Shown: piece by piece, positions 28,790-41,684 of the stretch | How positions within the stretch are numbered: the first letter of the stretch is position 1 | Layout of the letters: each line of letters begins with the position of its first letter | Assembly: GCF_009914755.1 (NCBI RefSeq) | Contig: NC_060936.1 | Strand: one strand, 5' to 3' | DNA: 64,000 nucleotides | Origin: the human T2T-CHM13v2.0 reference genome, Homo sapiens | The notes under the pieces: generated by a model | Told to the model about the DNA's origin: nothing | The model's input: only the letters and a program-made list of their open reading frames with translations | The model's database searches: none | Made by a program: the position numbers and the translations under genes

Positions 28790-29700
28790 AACAGGTGCAC
28801 ATGGGTTATAACAAAATCCCAACTCTACGACAACCTCAAATCTAATGTGACCAGCCACAGTGTTCCAATAAAATTATTTTTCAGGTTTTATTGCCAATTT
28901 AAGTATATATACATTTTAGATAAAAATGCAACATTCAAATAAACATTTTTATATACTTTTATCTCTATAGATGTATTTAAAGCCACCTATTATGTAAAAT
29001 AATGTACTCATTTATATTTTCACATGTTTTATGAATCAATTAACATTCTTCATATGCACCTTTGACATCAATGTCTTCCTCATTATTCTTGAACTCATGT
29101 AACTCAGTTGTTCTAAGAGTTTCACTTTCACATCAAAGTCATTTGAGAAACAACAGCCCATGATACATGTTACTGAGAAGGTGATGGTGACCATGGTATC
29201 CACTGATGTGCAATGAGGGTAGTTGCCATTGTTTATTTGGACCTGTAGATACATATCCGTAATGCAACAAATTGCTGGACAACACTTTCATGGAACATTG
29301 CAATCACATGTTCACAGCAAATCCTCAAGGCTTGACATTTTGAGGTGAAACCTTCAGGGATAATAATAAAGTTTCCATTTAATGACTTTGTCTCTTTTTA
29401 CCATGTGGTTCAGTTGGCATCATAAATTTCCAAATCCAGTCCCAGTGGAGCTTGATTTAGGTTGAAGTATCGTTCCCTACATTGTACTTTGTTGTTCAAC
29501 ATAGTGTCATGGTGATGGTACCCCATAATATTATGGGCCTTTTTCAGGAACAATTACTGGGGAACACACATGTGCACACTGGATACCAACGCATTTGTGT
29601 CTCTATACATCACAGTGGACTCACTTGGCCTAATCAAACTCCCATTTCCCTTTCAATACTAGCATGCTGGGATTGGGGTCCATGATTCCCTGAATTTTTG
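28790..29700 (-). pseudogene. Degenerate pogo/Tc2-like DDE_1 transposase remnant
   Basis: Manual minus-strand translation gives, in order, PSMLVLKGK, LFLKKAH, IIIPEGFTSKCQAL and CCFSNDFD, resembling recalled pogo motifs PPMIIFKGK, FQxKAW, IPGGxTSxLQPLD and CxISNALD. Confidence 0.6.
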
Positions 29701-31915
29701 AATGTCACTCACACGAGACTTGGGAGTAGGAAGTGAAGCTTAGAAAATTTGGATCATTGGCAGATCTGTCTCCCATGCCAGTAAAAGGCCACTTACTCAT
29801 GGTGCCATATGGCCCTGAATGGATTTTCACAGGTACATCCCTGGTGTACAGTGACAAGCACTATGTCGCCAGAAGGCACATTAAGGCTTCCAGTCAGTGC
29901 ACAGTTCTGGGGGACATCTGAGTTTCCTGGGGACCTCTGAAGCTCAGCTACCCATTTAGTTTCTCCCTGAAATGCCTGGGTGCTCTAAGCAGCTAACTAT
30001 CTGGGGTCCACAGAAGACCATGTCTTCCCGAAAATTCTGTTTGTTAATTTATTTCTGTCCTCCTCCCAGCACCCAGTGATTGGCAACCTGTTACACTTAA
30101 GACCTTTAATGATGTGAGGGCTGTTCTGTGGATAGAAATAAAATAGCTGATACAGAAATTTCTTTTAATAGACCTTGAGGTAAGCTTTACACTTAAATTA
30201 TAAGGTGAAAGGAAGAAAAGCTGCTGTGAGTTCATTCTCCTCTCTTCCCATACCCTAAATGACTTATCCCATTAAATTGAATTCTGAAAGCTGCAAAACA
30301 AGATACCTGGCTATTGTGTGACTCTTGTGTTACTATGTATACCTCTGAGTGTATTTCTCTATCATGGGAGATTGTGTAAGATCTCTATGTTGTAGAGATC
30401 TTAAGTCCTTGTTTCCTGCCAAAGCCCCTCTCGGAATCTATCCAGCCAGATGGTTCTCTTGTGTTAGTCCAGTAGGGGGGCTTTAAATAAAGAAATCCAA
30501 CACGGACACCACTGGAAAGTGTCCCAGGGTTGGAAGATAATGAGGAAGCTGATTTTTCTCATGCAAAGACAAAAGTGACATCTTCTTAAAATTCTTAATT
30601 CAATTTGAAGGGAGAAGTAATTACCTCCTCTGGCCATGATGTTGAAATGTCCATAGAGAGGAAAATGGACTTCACCCTCATTAACTCCGTGGATCAGAGC
30701 CAAAAGCAGCATTAGCCAAAAAGGCTTCTTCAAGGGCACAGATCCCCTAGATCAAAGCATGTTCTTGAGAGAATAGAGCATGAAGTTTTGTGAGTGACTC
30801 CAGTTAGAATCACATGGAGACTTTTCTATTTTTAATGAATCTTTCTTGTATTGTAGTTTATGCAGGTCCACAGTTGGGAACAGGGCAAAGCAGGGATGTG
30901 GCATCTGAAATGATTTTTTCTGTCTTCATTGATTCGAGCCTGTGACTGTGGCTGGCAGCTGTTCTACTGGTATTTATCTTGGAGGCTGGTCACACCATCA
31001 GGCTCTACAGCACAGAAAAACTTCATTTTTACTCTCTGTCCAGGGCCTTCAGACACTCACTGATACCTCTGTTCATTTGTGGCTGTAGATAATACCTAAC
31101 CCAATTTCAGCTTACAAAGCCCCATTGAGCAAATGCAAAGTTACAAAGTGCCTCCCTATACAATAGGAAACAGCCCAGCCTGGGAACATTGTCACAAGCA
31201 TTAATAGGTCACTGTACCTACACATCACTGCATATGCTATTGTGTGCAGTCATTCCAACTCTCCTCTAATTAGAGGGGTGATTCATGTCAGGGGCATAAG
31301 GCAAATATTACTTTATTTTTCCAAATTCTAGAAAGCAAGCTTCCATTTTTGATAATAGAAATTTGGGAATGATTGGCAGTCATTTGGCTCACAGGGAAAG
31401 CAGGAAAAACAAGAAATCTAAATAAATCTCATATTGATTTTGAAGAAGCTTTCTTGTGACATCTGGTATGCTTTATTTTGTATGTATCAAATCCGAAAAT
31501 AATAAACAAGTTGATGTAAACAAATGCTTGAAGTAATGCTCAAATGTCAGCTGGATACTTGAAGACGACAGTAGGAAATTTAGCTTTATTAACGGTGCAT
31601 GCTTGTGCACAGTACAAACTTTATACTTCCTAAATGTTGTCTGAATAAATGATACACAAGCATCAAAATATGTTTGAAAAACATAAAAAATGGTAGAAAT
31701 ATGAGATTATGTCTGAGAAAGCAGCTCAGAGTGGGGTTCTAACCCCAGCTTTCTGATTAGCCCACTCTTGACCTCAGATTGCATCACATAAGCCCTCTGA
31801 GCTTCAGTTAAATCCTTTATCAAGCAAGGGACTTAACTCTGTGACCTGGGAGGCTCTGGCTTCCTGTCACTGCCATGAGGCTCTAGTACAGCCAGAGATA
31901 CAGGGGTCTAAGAAC

Positions 31916-32031
31916 CTGTGTTTAGGATTTTGAGCTGGTTTGATTCAGGTAATCATGTTCTATCTCTGTGTCCTAATCTGTGTTTAAGGTTTTGAATTGG
32001 TCTGATTCAGGTAATGGTGTTCTATCTCTGT
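31916..32031 (+). repeat. Diverged tandem duplication, 62-bp period
   Basis: ctgtgttta...tgattcaggtaat...gttctatctctgt twice. Confidence 0.9.
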
Positions 32032-32392
32032 TTATCAGGATCTTTACCCCTGATAAAAATCCAGAGATCACTTGAATGCAGGTGGTTTTCTCTTCATATT
32101 GTTCAATGAAGAAAGCACCAATTAAGGATTCATAATAAACCATTGCCCAGTGAGAAATTGGCCTGGGGTTCCAGGGTGAAGAGGACAGAAGATTTTCATT
32201 GGGAGCACCTTAATGAGGACAACAGATCCTGGCTTAATAGAGAACATAAAGTAATAAAGAGAGACAAATCCATCTATCCATTCATTCCACAGCATTGATT
32301 GAGTGTCCGCTGTATACAATGGGATAAGGAAAAGATGTCCGTTGGTTCATGCGCAATGATGGTAACAGGTTTTCATTGCTGAACATTACATA

Positions 32393-32466
32393 TTTCCTTT
32401 TTAATTTTAATGTTTAATTTTCGTGGGTACATAGTGGGCATATTTATTTATGGGGTACATGAGATT
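32393..32466 (-). mobile_element. L1MA extreme 3' fragment
   Basis: tttaattttcgtgggtacatagtgggcatatttatttatggggtacatgaga. Confidence 0.7.
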
Positions 32467-32479
32467 CACTCTAATAAGG

Positions 32480-33021
32480 TGTAGTGAGTTCCAGGGATTT
32501 CAGAGTTGATCAAGGAAAACCATATGGCCACAAGGTGGCAGTAGCGCACAATGAATTTGTTCAGGCTTCGCTTTGACAGATTTGCCAGCAGGGCAAGTCC
32601 CTCATGGCACGAGACCATCCAGAGGCCATGGTTCAGGAGCCCTACCTAGATGAAGAGGTCAAGGGAAATTCTAGGGAAGATGGGGCTTATGTTTCCAGGT
32701 GATGTTTCTCAGCAGCACAGTGGGAAGTTTGGGTTAGAGAGCTTTGAAGAGCAGAAGATGCTTGGGGTCTTTTACAGCAAAAGAGTTTATTTTATCAATG
32801 GCTAGCAGATAGGGGGCACACTTTTGGCAGATATCCAAAGCAGGCAGGCTCTAAGTGGATAAAAGTCTGCTTATTTGGGCTATGATTAGAACAATTAGAT
32901 GTGTAAAAATTTGAGTTGAGTGCCAGTGGGCTTTTGAGCTAATGGTCCCAGCCTACTGTGAAGAAGTATACAATCCAGAGGCCAAAAATAAAAGGGCCAT
33001 CTTTAGTTCATTTATGTAACA
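32480..33021 (-). mobile_element. ERVL-class solo LTR (MER74-like)
   Basis: Reverse complement of the right end is tgttacataaatgaactaaagatggccc, similar to the recalled MER74 start; TG...CA termini. Confidence 0.55.
32525..32543 (+). promoter_or_regulatory. Candidate CTCF binding site
   Basis: TGGCCACAAGGTGGCAGTA matches the core CCASYAGRKGGCRS at all but one position. Confidence 0.55.
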
Positions 33022-33279
33022 CGTGGTCAACTGATCCTAACCCCATGGGCATCATAGACTAGTGAGTGAGACAGACACACCTACTCATCCATCCATTCAC
33101 ACAACAAGCAATGACTGGGTTCCTCCTTCATCTCTGAATGTCATCACACAGGGCATGGGGGATTCAGAAATAAAGATGGCATCTTGAAGGAACTCATGCT
33201 CCATTGAACATGTCCAGATTTTGGTCTGAGTACAGACAGCAAGAGTTAATATAGAAGTGGGGACTCTGAATGATGCAAG

Positions 33280-34450
33280 TCTCATCAGCAGAGGAGCTGG
33301 GGGAGTGGGAAAATATCATGAGCTTTCCTAGAGGGAGTGGCAATCAAGCTGACTTTCGAAGGAGAAGCCAGAGACAGCCCAGCGGATATGCTGGAAAATG
33401 TTTTGCGAACTGAGGGGCCAGCATGTAACAAGGCTCCTATGCCTTGGGGACACAAGCTGAGTTTGGTGGAGCTTTGGATTGAAGAACAGAAAGAGCAAGA
33501 CATTAGGCTGTGCATGCAGGCAGGGGCTAGATAAGGCAGAACCTGTGGGACGCAGTAAGAAGTGGAGCCAGTGAAAGTGTTAAAGCATGGCAGTGTACAC
33601 AATTCTCCCTGACTGTGGAGGAAAGGAGGGTGGCTGCTAGGACACCAGATGGGAAGGAAGTACTGGCATCCAGGTGCCTGATGCTGAGGGCCAGAGGTAA
33701 AGAGGCATGGACAGAAGAGCCAGCCTGGGAGCTGGTGAGGAGGTGGGATTAGAGTCCTGCTAAGGAAGCACAAGTCAAGGGACTTTAGTCCCCAACCATG
33801 TGCATCCCTCCTGACCTGGTTATCCAGAACAGCTCTGCACACACTCACCACATGCTGAACTGAGGGGTGATTTGCAATTGCTGGGGTGATATAGGAAGAG
33901 CATCCAGGCAGAGGGAAGGGCTTAGGGTGAGGGCCAGCCTGGCTGCTTCAGGACCATGTGGAGGCCAACACAGTGAGGTCACTCTAATAGGAGATGGGGT
34001 CTGAGTGTGGGATAATGGAGGGCCAGGCCAAGTGGGGCCTTGTGGGTCACTGTGCAGACTTGGGAGCTTATGAGGGGTTGCACAGAGGGTGGTCTGTTCT
34101 CACTTGCTATTTCAGGAGAGCACACTGGCTGAGCAGACTTGGAAGCTTATGAGGGTTTGCACACAGGAGGGCCTGTTCTTACTTGCTATTTCAGGGGAGC
34201 ACACTGGCTGAGAGGGGGCAAGGGAAAGGGGAGGTAATTTAGGTAATTGCAAGCAAGAAGAGAAGGTATGCTGGACAGGTAGAGGCACTGGAGTGAGAAG
34301 TCTCAGTTGCTTGTAATATTGAAGATAAAGGACTGATTATGGGTGGCAAAAAAAAGATGTCAAGGAAGACACCAAAATATTTTTCTTGAGCAGGTAGAAG
34401 GATGGAGATGTCACTAACTGACATAGGTCAGACAGCTGGGGGGTGGGTTT
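33280..34450 (-). mobile_element. L2 fragments
   Basis: ggaagagcatccaggcagagggaa, gggccttgtgggtcactg, gatggagatgtcactaactga. Confidence 0.55.
34054..34211 (+). repeat. Tandem duplication, 79-bp period, inside L2
   Basis: gcagacttgg...cttgctatttcagg...gcacactggctga twice. Confidence 0.92.
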
Positions 34451-34642
34451 AGAAGAGAAGATTTCACATGCCTCTTCCCACACTCTGGGACCCAGCCCCA
34501 TAGATTTCAGATCCACCTCAGGGTCCTCACATCTGCAATTTGCTGTGACTGAAACAGTTCCTAAGCTTCCCTTAACATGTGCCTGTTTTATGCAGTCATC
34601 CTTCAAATTCCTTGTTAGTCATTGCTTCTGAAGTCTTTTCTT

Positions 34643-34939
34643 TTTTCTTTTCTTTTTTTTTGATGGAATCTTGTTCTGTCACCTAGGCTGGAGTGCAGTG
34701 GTGTGATCTCAGCTTACTGCAACCTCCGCCTCCCGGATTTAAGCAATTCTCTGCCTCAGCCTCCCAAGTAGCTGGGATTACAGGCATGTGCCACCATGCT
34801 CAGCTAATTTTTGTATTTTTAGTAGAGATGGGGGTTTCACCATTTTGGCGAGGCTGGTCTTGAACTCCTGACCTCGTGATCCACCCGCCTCAGCCTCCCA
34901 AAGTGCTGGGATTACAGGCATGAGCCACCGCGCCTGGCT
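34643..34939 (-). mobile_element. AluS
   Basis: Antisense Alu; TSD cttctgaagtcttttct/cttgtgaaatcttttct. Confidence 0.92.
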
Positions 34940-35784
34940 ACTTGTGAAATCTTTTCTGACTCACCTTGCTTTTAGCTAGGTTAGGTTACTGTGACTTACT
35001 GAGTTCACATGTATTATGAAAGCCTGCAGCCAGCCTGCCTTGTTCAAATCTCAGCTCTGCCACCTTAAACGCATGCTACTCATGGGAAATGATTTTATTT
35101 CTTATTGCCTCAGTTACCTCATCTGTGAAATGGGTCTAATTATAGCACCAACTCACAGAGCAGTTATATCATATACCATATATATCATATAATGCATCCT
35201 ATATGACCAAATTTAATATGAGACATTTTCCCCAAATTACCCCTAATAATGGAATAGTCCAAGTTCTCAAATTGGACAGAAGGGAAGTTAACATGCTTTA
35301 GGAAATTGTACTGATAAGTCGGGAAGCTGCCTTAGTGATGACAAATATGCTAAAGTCTGCTCCTTTTGCCCTCTCCTGCATGGGGCTTTCTTTCCTTACC
35401 TGCTTTAAGAGTGATTTTTTTAGTGCAGTGGATAATTAAGGACAAGGAATTTATCCTTAGTTTTTTCTTTTTTCTAACGAAAATATATGCACCCTGCCTG
35501 ATAGGTTTCCTGTTTTCCAGGCCTCTTGTCCCTGAGTTAGAAAGTAGATTGCGTAGGTGTTTATTTATTGCATCTTTTATTTTCCCCACAAGGAGCCCCT
35601 GTTTTATATGATGAGGTAAAAAGGAGACTGGATACATTTTTCTGAATTAAACTACAATTGCCTTCTAGATAATGGAGATTTCTTCCAGAATTGAAAATTG
35701 TTTTGTCTACTCTTCCTCATGGGTTGAGTCAATTTTATGTATATTTTTTGTTCATTTTATTTTTCTTAGTGTTTTAGTGAAGGA

Positions 35785-35872
35785 AACGACAGCCCTATGG
35801 CCAAATCTGGCCCACCTTCTATTTTTTCAAAGTCAGTTTTACTGGAACACAGCCATGCCCATTCATTTTCAG
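35785..35872. mobile_element. MER58-like hAT fragment
   Basis: ggccaaatctggcccacc...gttttactggaacacagccatgcccattc. Confidence 0.65.
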
Positions 35873-35874
35873 AT

Positions 35875-36308
35875 TGCCTGTTTCCACTAGCTGCCTAACA
35901 AATTACCACAAACTGATTTTTTCAGGAGGCCAGAAGTCCAAAATCAAGGCGTGGCCAGGATTGGGTCCTTCTGGGGGCTCCGAGGGAGAGTCCGTTCCAC
36001 ACCTCTTTCCCAGCTTCGGTGGCTGTGGGAAACCCTCCGTGTCCCTTGTGGTAGAAACATCACTTCAATCTCCGCCTCTGTGGTCACAGGGACTTTTCCT
36101 TTGTGTATGTGTCTTCTGTCCTCTCCTCTTACAGGAACATCTGTCACTGGATTTAGAGTCCACCCTAAATGCAGCATGTTTGCATCTCTAGATCCTTTAC
36201 TAATTATATCTGCAATGCCCGTACTTCCAAATCAGGTCACATTCATAGGTACTGGAGCTTAGGCCTTGAAGACATCTTTTTTAGGTGGACACAAAGGAAC
36301 CCACTACA
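35875..36308 (-). mobile_element. MLT1 (D-like) LTR
   Basis: gctgcctaacaaattaccacaaact...ggaggccagaagtccaaaatcaagg...ggtcacattcataggtactgg. Confidence 0.85.
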
Positions 36309-37626
36309 GGTTGCTAAGTCTCGAGCCACTAGGTTTATTTCTTGGCCTACTAAGTGGAGGAGAGGGCACTGCAGATTGGAAGCATCTGGGGATACTGCAA
36401 GCTCCGAGAGCAGGGACTTGGCTGCTTTGCTCAATGTTGTGCCCCTTGCCTGGCATATAAGACAAGAACTAGAGGCATTTGCTACATCCAAAAAGAATAA
36501 CTGGCTGAACAATTTGCTGCTATGTATGGGCTCTGTGCTGGACGCTGGAAATACTGTTGGGATTTGTATAAATGGGCTTTGTTTCCTTATGGAATATATA
36601 ATGTGGTCAAGAACGTGGACCAAAATATAAAAATAATTTAAGAAATAAACATGGAATGCCCTTCTGTATTGAAACAGCAAACTCTAAGCAAGTAAAATAT
36701 GCTATTTGAGTCACATTCAAAAATACACAAATCCATATACGATACATTGCACAAACTCCTCGGAAGATTGGCCCTAAGTAGCACTTTGGTAACCATCTAA
36801 TTCTGTCCAGTGTTATTAAAGAATCCAATATGACCTTGACAAGCTGTTGTACGACAGGGCTCTGATTTCATAGCCTTATTGATCACATGCTCTAATTTAA
36901 GGAATGCCTTCCTGCCAAGGAGCATGAACCCTAAGAAATGTTTTTGAAAATATCTAAAATTTTTGGATAAGAAAATGAAGCTCCATAGCCTGAGCCACTC
37001 TCATTTCACCCTTGCGTGGCTGTGGTAGATGTGGACTCTTCCCTCTGCATCCACCCTGGTCCTCTTTCCATCATCCCCACACAGTGGCCAGGTGAGCTTT
37101 GCAAAATGCAAATATCATCTTGTCTTCACCCCCTGCTTAGACCCTTTTGAATTGTTTCCCTTTGCTTTTAGGACTCTGGGCAGTGCTGTGACCCTGGATT
37201 TTGCATTTAAGATAAAGCCAGTCTCTCTAGCATGGCCTAATAGCCACGGGCTGCATCCTGTATCTGATTCCTCCTTGATCTTTTCCAGGATGGACCTAAG
37301 TTTTGTGATGTCTGAAGCACTTCACATAGTGTGGACTCTGCTTAAGAAAATGAAGACGAGATTGCAAACACACAAAGAAGTAGAGGGCTTTGGAGGAGTT
37401 CTGTGTGAAATGGGGTCTTAAAGCTTAATCTCCACATCAGCTCCGTGGTGAATCCACCTGGCTGTTGTGCTCACAACTGTTTCTTACCCCCAAGACCTTG
37501 GGACATGCCATGCTCCTTTCAGGAAAGTTCTGCCGGCTTCTATTAATCTAGTTGACTTCCCTTCCCTCTCAGATGTCAGCTTAGGTCTTACTTCCTCAGG
37601 GAAGACAAAGAAAACCAGAGGGAAGG

Positions 37627-38333
37627 TCATATGATTTGGCTGTGTCCCCACCCAAAATCTCATCTTGAATTGTAATCCCCATAATGCCCACGTGTCAAGG
37701 GAGACCAGTGGAGGTAATTGAATCATGGGGGTCTTTTCCCCCATACTGTTCTCATGATAATGAGCGAGTTCTTGCGAGATCGGATGGTTGTATAAGTGTT
37801 TGGTGGTTCCTCCTGTGTTCATTCTCCTTCCTGCTGCCTTGTGAAGAAGGTGCCTGCTTCCGCTGCTTCACTTTCTGTAAGTTTCCTGAGGCCTCCCCAG
37901 TTATGCTGAACTGTGAGTCAATTAAACCTCTTTCATATATATGTGTATATATATAATTGTATTATACTTTTATTTTATATAATTTTATTATACTTTAAGT
38001 TCTGGGATACATGTGCAGAACGTGCAGGTTTGTTACATAGGTATACACATGCCATGGTGGTTTGCTGCACCTATCAAACCATCATTTACATTGGGTATTT
38101 CTCCTAATGCTCTCCCTCCCCTAGACCCCCACCCCTTGACAGCCCCTGGAGTGTGATGATCCCCTCCCTGTGTCCATGTGTTCTCATTGTTCAACTCCCA
38201 CTTATGAGTGAGAACATGCAGTGTTTGGTTCTCTGTTCCTGTGTTAGTTTGCTGAGAATGATGGTTTCCAGCTTCATCCAAATTACCCAGTCTCGGGCAG
38301 TTCTTTATAGCAGTGTGAAAATGGACTAATACA
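37627..38333 (+). mobile_element. THE1/MST LTR interrupted by L1PA
   Basis: tcatatgatttggctgtgtccccacccaaaatctcatc...attaaacctctttc, resuming aattacccagtctc...gactaataca; TSD gaagg/gaaag. Confidence 0.9.
37935..38280 (-). mobile_element. L1PA (PA7-like) 3' fragment with AT-rich tail, nested in the LTR
   Basis: ttattatactttaagttctgggatacatgtgcagaacgtgcagg...gcttcatcca. Confidence 0.9.
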
Positions 38334-41183
38334 GAAAGTAAACATCCTGCAGGCCCAGAGCACCTGCCAGCCGGGTAAGCAGATGAGCAGGGACCCTAGT
38401 AGCTCACACCTGGATGGAGATCAGGAACAGGAAGCAGTGGGAGTCCCTGCCTTTTGTTGTCCAGTTTGCATTCTGCCTGGATCAGTTCCACCTCTTGGGT
38501 CTCTCTCAGCGTCATTGGGTGCTGCTCCCTGACATGTCAGGCTACAATCTCACACCTCCTCTGTGGCTCTTTCATTCGTGTCTAATTCTCCTCCAGCCCA
38601 TAGGCTCAGTGAAGGCGGGTGCCTGGCTTGTTTGTGTTCAGCCTCCTCTTCACAGTGCCTGGAACATAGTTGGCACTCAGTACGTATTCAGTGAAACACG
38701 AATGAACCAGGGGTCTGTGATTCATTACAGGACAGGGTGGAAAACCCCAAAAACCCACAAGAGAATTCTGATTTGTTTGGAGAAGCATCTTCTGGCCTTA
38801 TGAAACAGGGGAGGTCAGGAGGCATGGACTCTGGAGACTCCTGCCCTCCCCTCTCATGTCATAGAGAGCAGTTCCTGGAGCATGGAGACAGCCTGTACCT
38901 AGAGAAAATTTCCATTTCTGGACACTCATTATTGTCTGTGGTGCTTTTGTCAAAAACATGCTTCAGAAGGCTTATTTTATTCCTTGTTGTCTAATTCTAA
39001 CAAAACTACCCTGGGAATCCTTACAGAAATGACTGCAGACAGAGTTAAACTGAGAAATGGCCCAGAAAATAAGTACCTGAAGATAAAGAAATTCCCAGCT
39101 TTAGCTCTCAAGAAATGGATATGTCAGTTTCTTATACTCTTAGATTTAATTTCTGCAAAGTGTACATCACACTTTCCCCAGCTTCAAGCACAGCTCAGAG
39201 CCTGTGGCGTTCTCTTTCATCTTGGTTTTATTTTTGTCTCAGCTATTAACATTTGACTTTTCTTGTCTGAGTTTGGTCATTGTAATGCATTTATGTGTAC
39301 AGGACACAGTTTTGAAGTTTCTTGCATCAAGGTGTTAATTGTTTTCTAAGTTCCAATTAAAATGTGTTAATGGGAAATGAAGAATCTAAGGTAAGAGTCT
39401 GATACAGTTACTAAGTATTTTCTCTCTCTTCTTGGTCAAATGGCACTATCATTTTGGGGCTGATCCAGCTACATCTGAGCCAGCTGGAAGTGCAAAACTC
39501 ATCCACTGACGAATGTCACTCTAAAAGTGAACCAAGGTTGTAATCATTTTGAAAAGCCAATTCAGTGCACAGCTGCCCTGCCTGGGAGCTGGAAGCCAGA
39601 AAAGACACTTGTGGCATTTGGATCTAGTTCATAATTGCTTGAACATATCCTACCTGGAGGACACCAAAGGCAAAAGGATTTATACAAGTTCTGAGGGTGG
39701 GTTACAGTATAAGTGTAAAAGTTTTATGATGTAGGCTCTGAAGCTCTGACTTAAGTGCTCACTTTAAACTCTTACTAGTAGTGAAACCTTGGGTAAGACC
39801 TTGGAACTTCAGATTCCTCTTTCTAGCATGTCGATGATATATTTCCCTAGGATTCTGAGAATTACATCACATAAATGGGTTTTGTGGCAAAGTTCACTTC
39901 AAATCATGCTTAAGAAACACCAGTTATTGTTTCTATTTGTTGTTCTTATTATGACCATTCTTTGCAAAATGATGAAACCATCATGCACTCCATCAGATTG
40001 ATGTAGATTTCTGTACTAAAAAACAGTATTTCCCTCCAAAGTGGTTTGTATCATTTTGTAGTGTTCATGGCAATAGTACTGACATTATTCCATTCATTTT
40101 TATTATCAACAGAAAGACTGACATTTGCTTCTGTTGGGGTATTTTAGGAAGCTCCTAGGAATAGTCCACTTTCTTAGAGGTTTCTGAAGCCCACTGATCT
40201 CATAGGGGTTTTTAATTGATTTTTTTCTTCTGTACTCTTGGGTACCAAGAGCCTTGGGTTTGCAAGCTTTGTAATTCATAGATGAGTTTCTAAATGAGCT
40301 GGTTTCCAGAAAAGGACAAGAATATTTTTAATACTACTCAATCAGCTTTTCCCTTAGTTAAAAGTGGGCCCCCTTACATGTGATGGTGGCAGGGGATAAA
40401 CATCTTTTAGCAAAATATGCCACTGATAATCTAGACCCTGTAGAGAACTCGTTCGTGTATCTAAAACTGAAAGCAAGTTGCAATGTTAGCTATAGCTACT
40501 AGGACCAATTGCATGGCCAGGCGCAAGTGATGCAAAATAAATTGAACAGATACTGAAATAGGTTTCTAAAATGGCACTTTCTGTTGGCCTAATCAAAGCT
40601 CAGTAGAAAATATATCTTAAAATAGGCCAAGACAAAATCTCTCTAAATAAGGAGGTGAGAAGAATTTGCATACAAAATAAAGGTGGCACGGCTTACAAAT
40701 ACTAAGGAAAATGGTTTCCTTCTGACTCTGTCATTCCAGCTTACAAATGGGCACCTTTACTACCTTTTCAATCTATTTATCATTATCCCCATCACTACCA
40801 CCATCACCAGTGTCATCACTGCTATGTTTTATTAGGCACTTGATATTTGCCAGGCATAATGCTGGACATAAGATATGTTGTATCTCATTTAATTCTTCAA
40901 TAAGCCTAGAAAGTAGACCCTTTGACACTTAGAGAAGAAAACAGCAAACTGTGGTCCCAAAAGTAGTCAGAGGTGGAGTTAGGACCTGAACCCAGCTCTG
41001 CTACTTCTAATCTCTATATCTGTAATCATCACATTATCTGGACATTATCTTATATAAAATCTGCAAAGTTTAAATTTAAGCACCTAGAAGACAGGCTGAG
41101 AATTTCATGTATTCTTTCAACATCCTTGTTCTTTTCTTATTTATTTATTTATTTATTTACTTACTTACTTATTGGTGGTGCGT

Positions 41184-41680
41184 GTTATGGGACTGCATTG
41201 TGTTGGTCTCCACAGTACCAGTTCTCATCAGATGCTAGTCATCTTCCATTTTTGCTCTCTCCATGCTATGGTCTGCCCTTTCCAGCCCTACTTGGCTCAG
41301 GAGGCTGATCTTGAGGACTGTATTCCCTGGCCTTCCTTGCTGGTCGACTTCTTGTTGAAGTTGGGCACTGAGAACCACCCGCAGCAGACCTGATGCCAGG
41401 AGGAGAGAGATGGAACATTGCTCCTGCTCCCGCCTTGGTTTCACACTGTGTGTCAGCTTTGACTGCATTCATCTCAGACTGCAGCTCCTGCCAGGTGTCC
41501 CCTTCCCCACTGCTCCAGCTCTTGTTGGCTCCAATTACACTCTTTCCTCCTTGCCTTGTACCCTCGGGCTGGACGTTGGTAATAACTTCTCACTGCTGCT
41601 GGTCTCTGGGTGCCTCCTTATCTCTTCTTTGTTCCTAAAGCCCTGTGCACACCTCTGAATGTATTACTTTTCATGGGAAT
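41184..41680. mobile_element. ERVL LTR (LTR33-like)
   Basis: ggaggctgatcttgaggactgtattccctggccttccttgc...ggtaataacttctcactgctgctggtctctggg. Confidence 0.55.
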
Positions 41681-41684
41681 CTAT

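Noticed and set aside
33285-33851. 188-aa ORF, the longest in the window
   Set aside because: It overlaps L2-like sequence, is Ser/Pro/Leu/Cys-rich like a chance frame, and has no recognisable motif.
31916-34211. Repeat units as a CRISPR-like array
   Set aside because: Eukaryotic DNA, only two units each, no repeat-spacer architecture and no cas genes.
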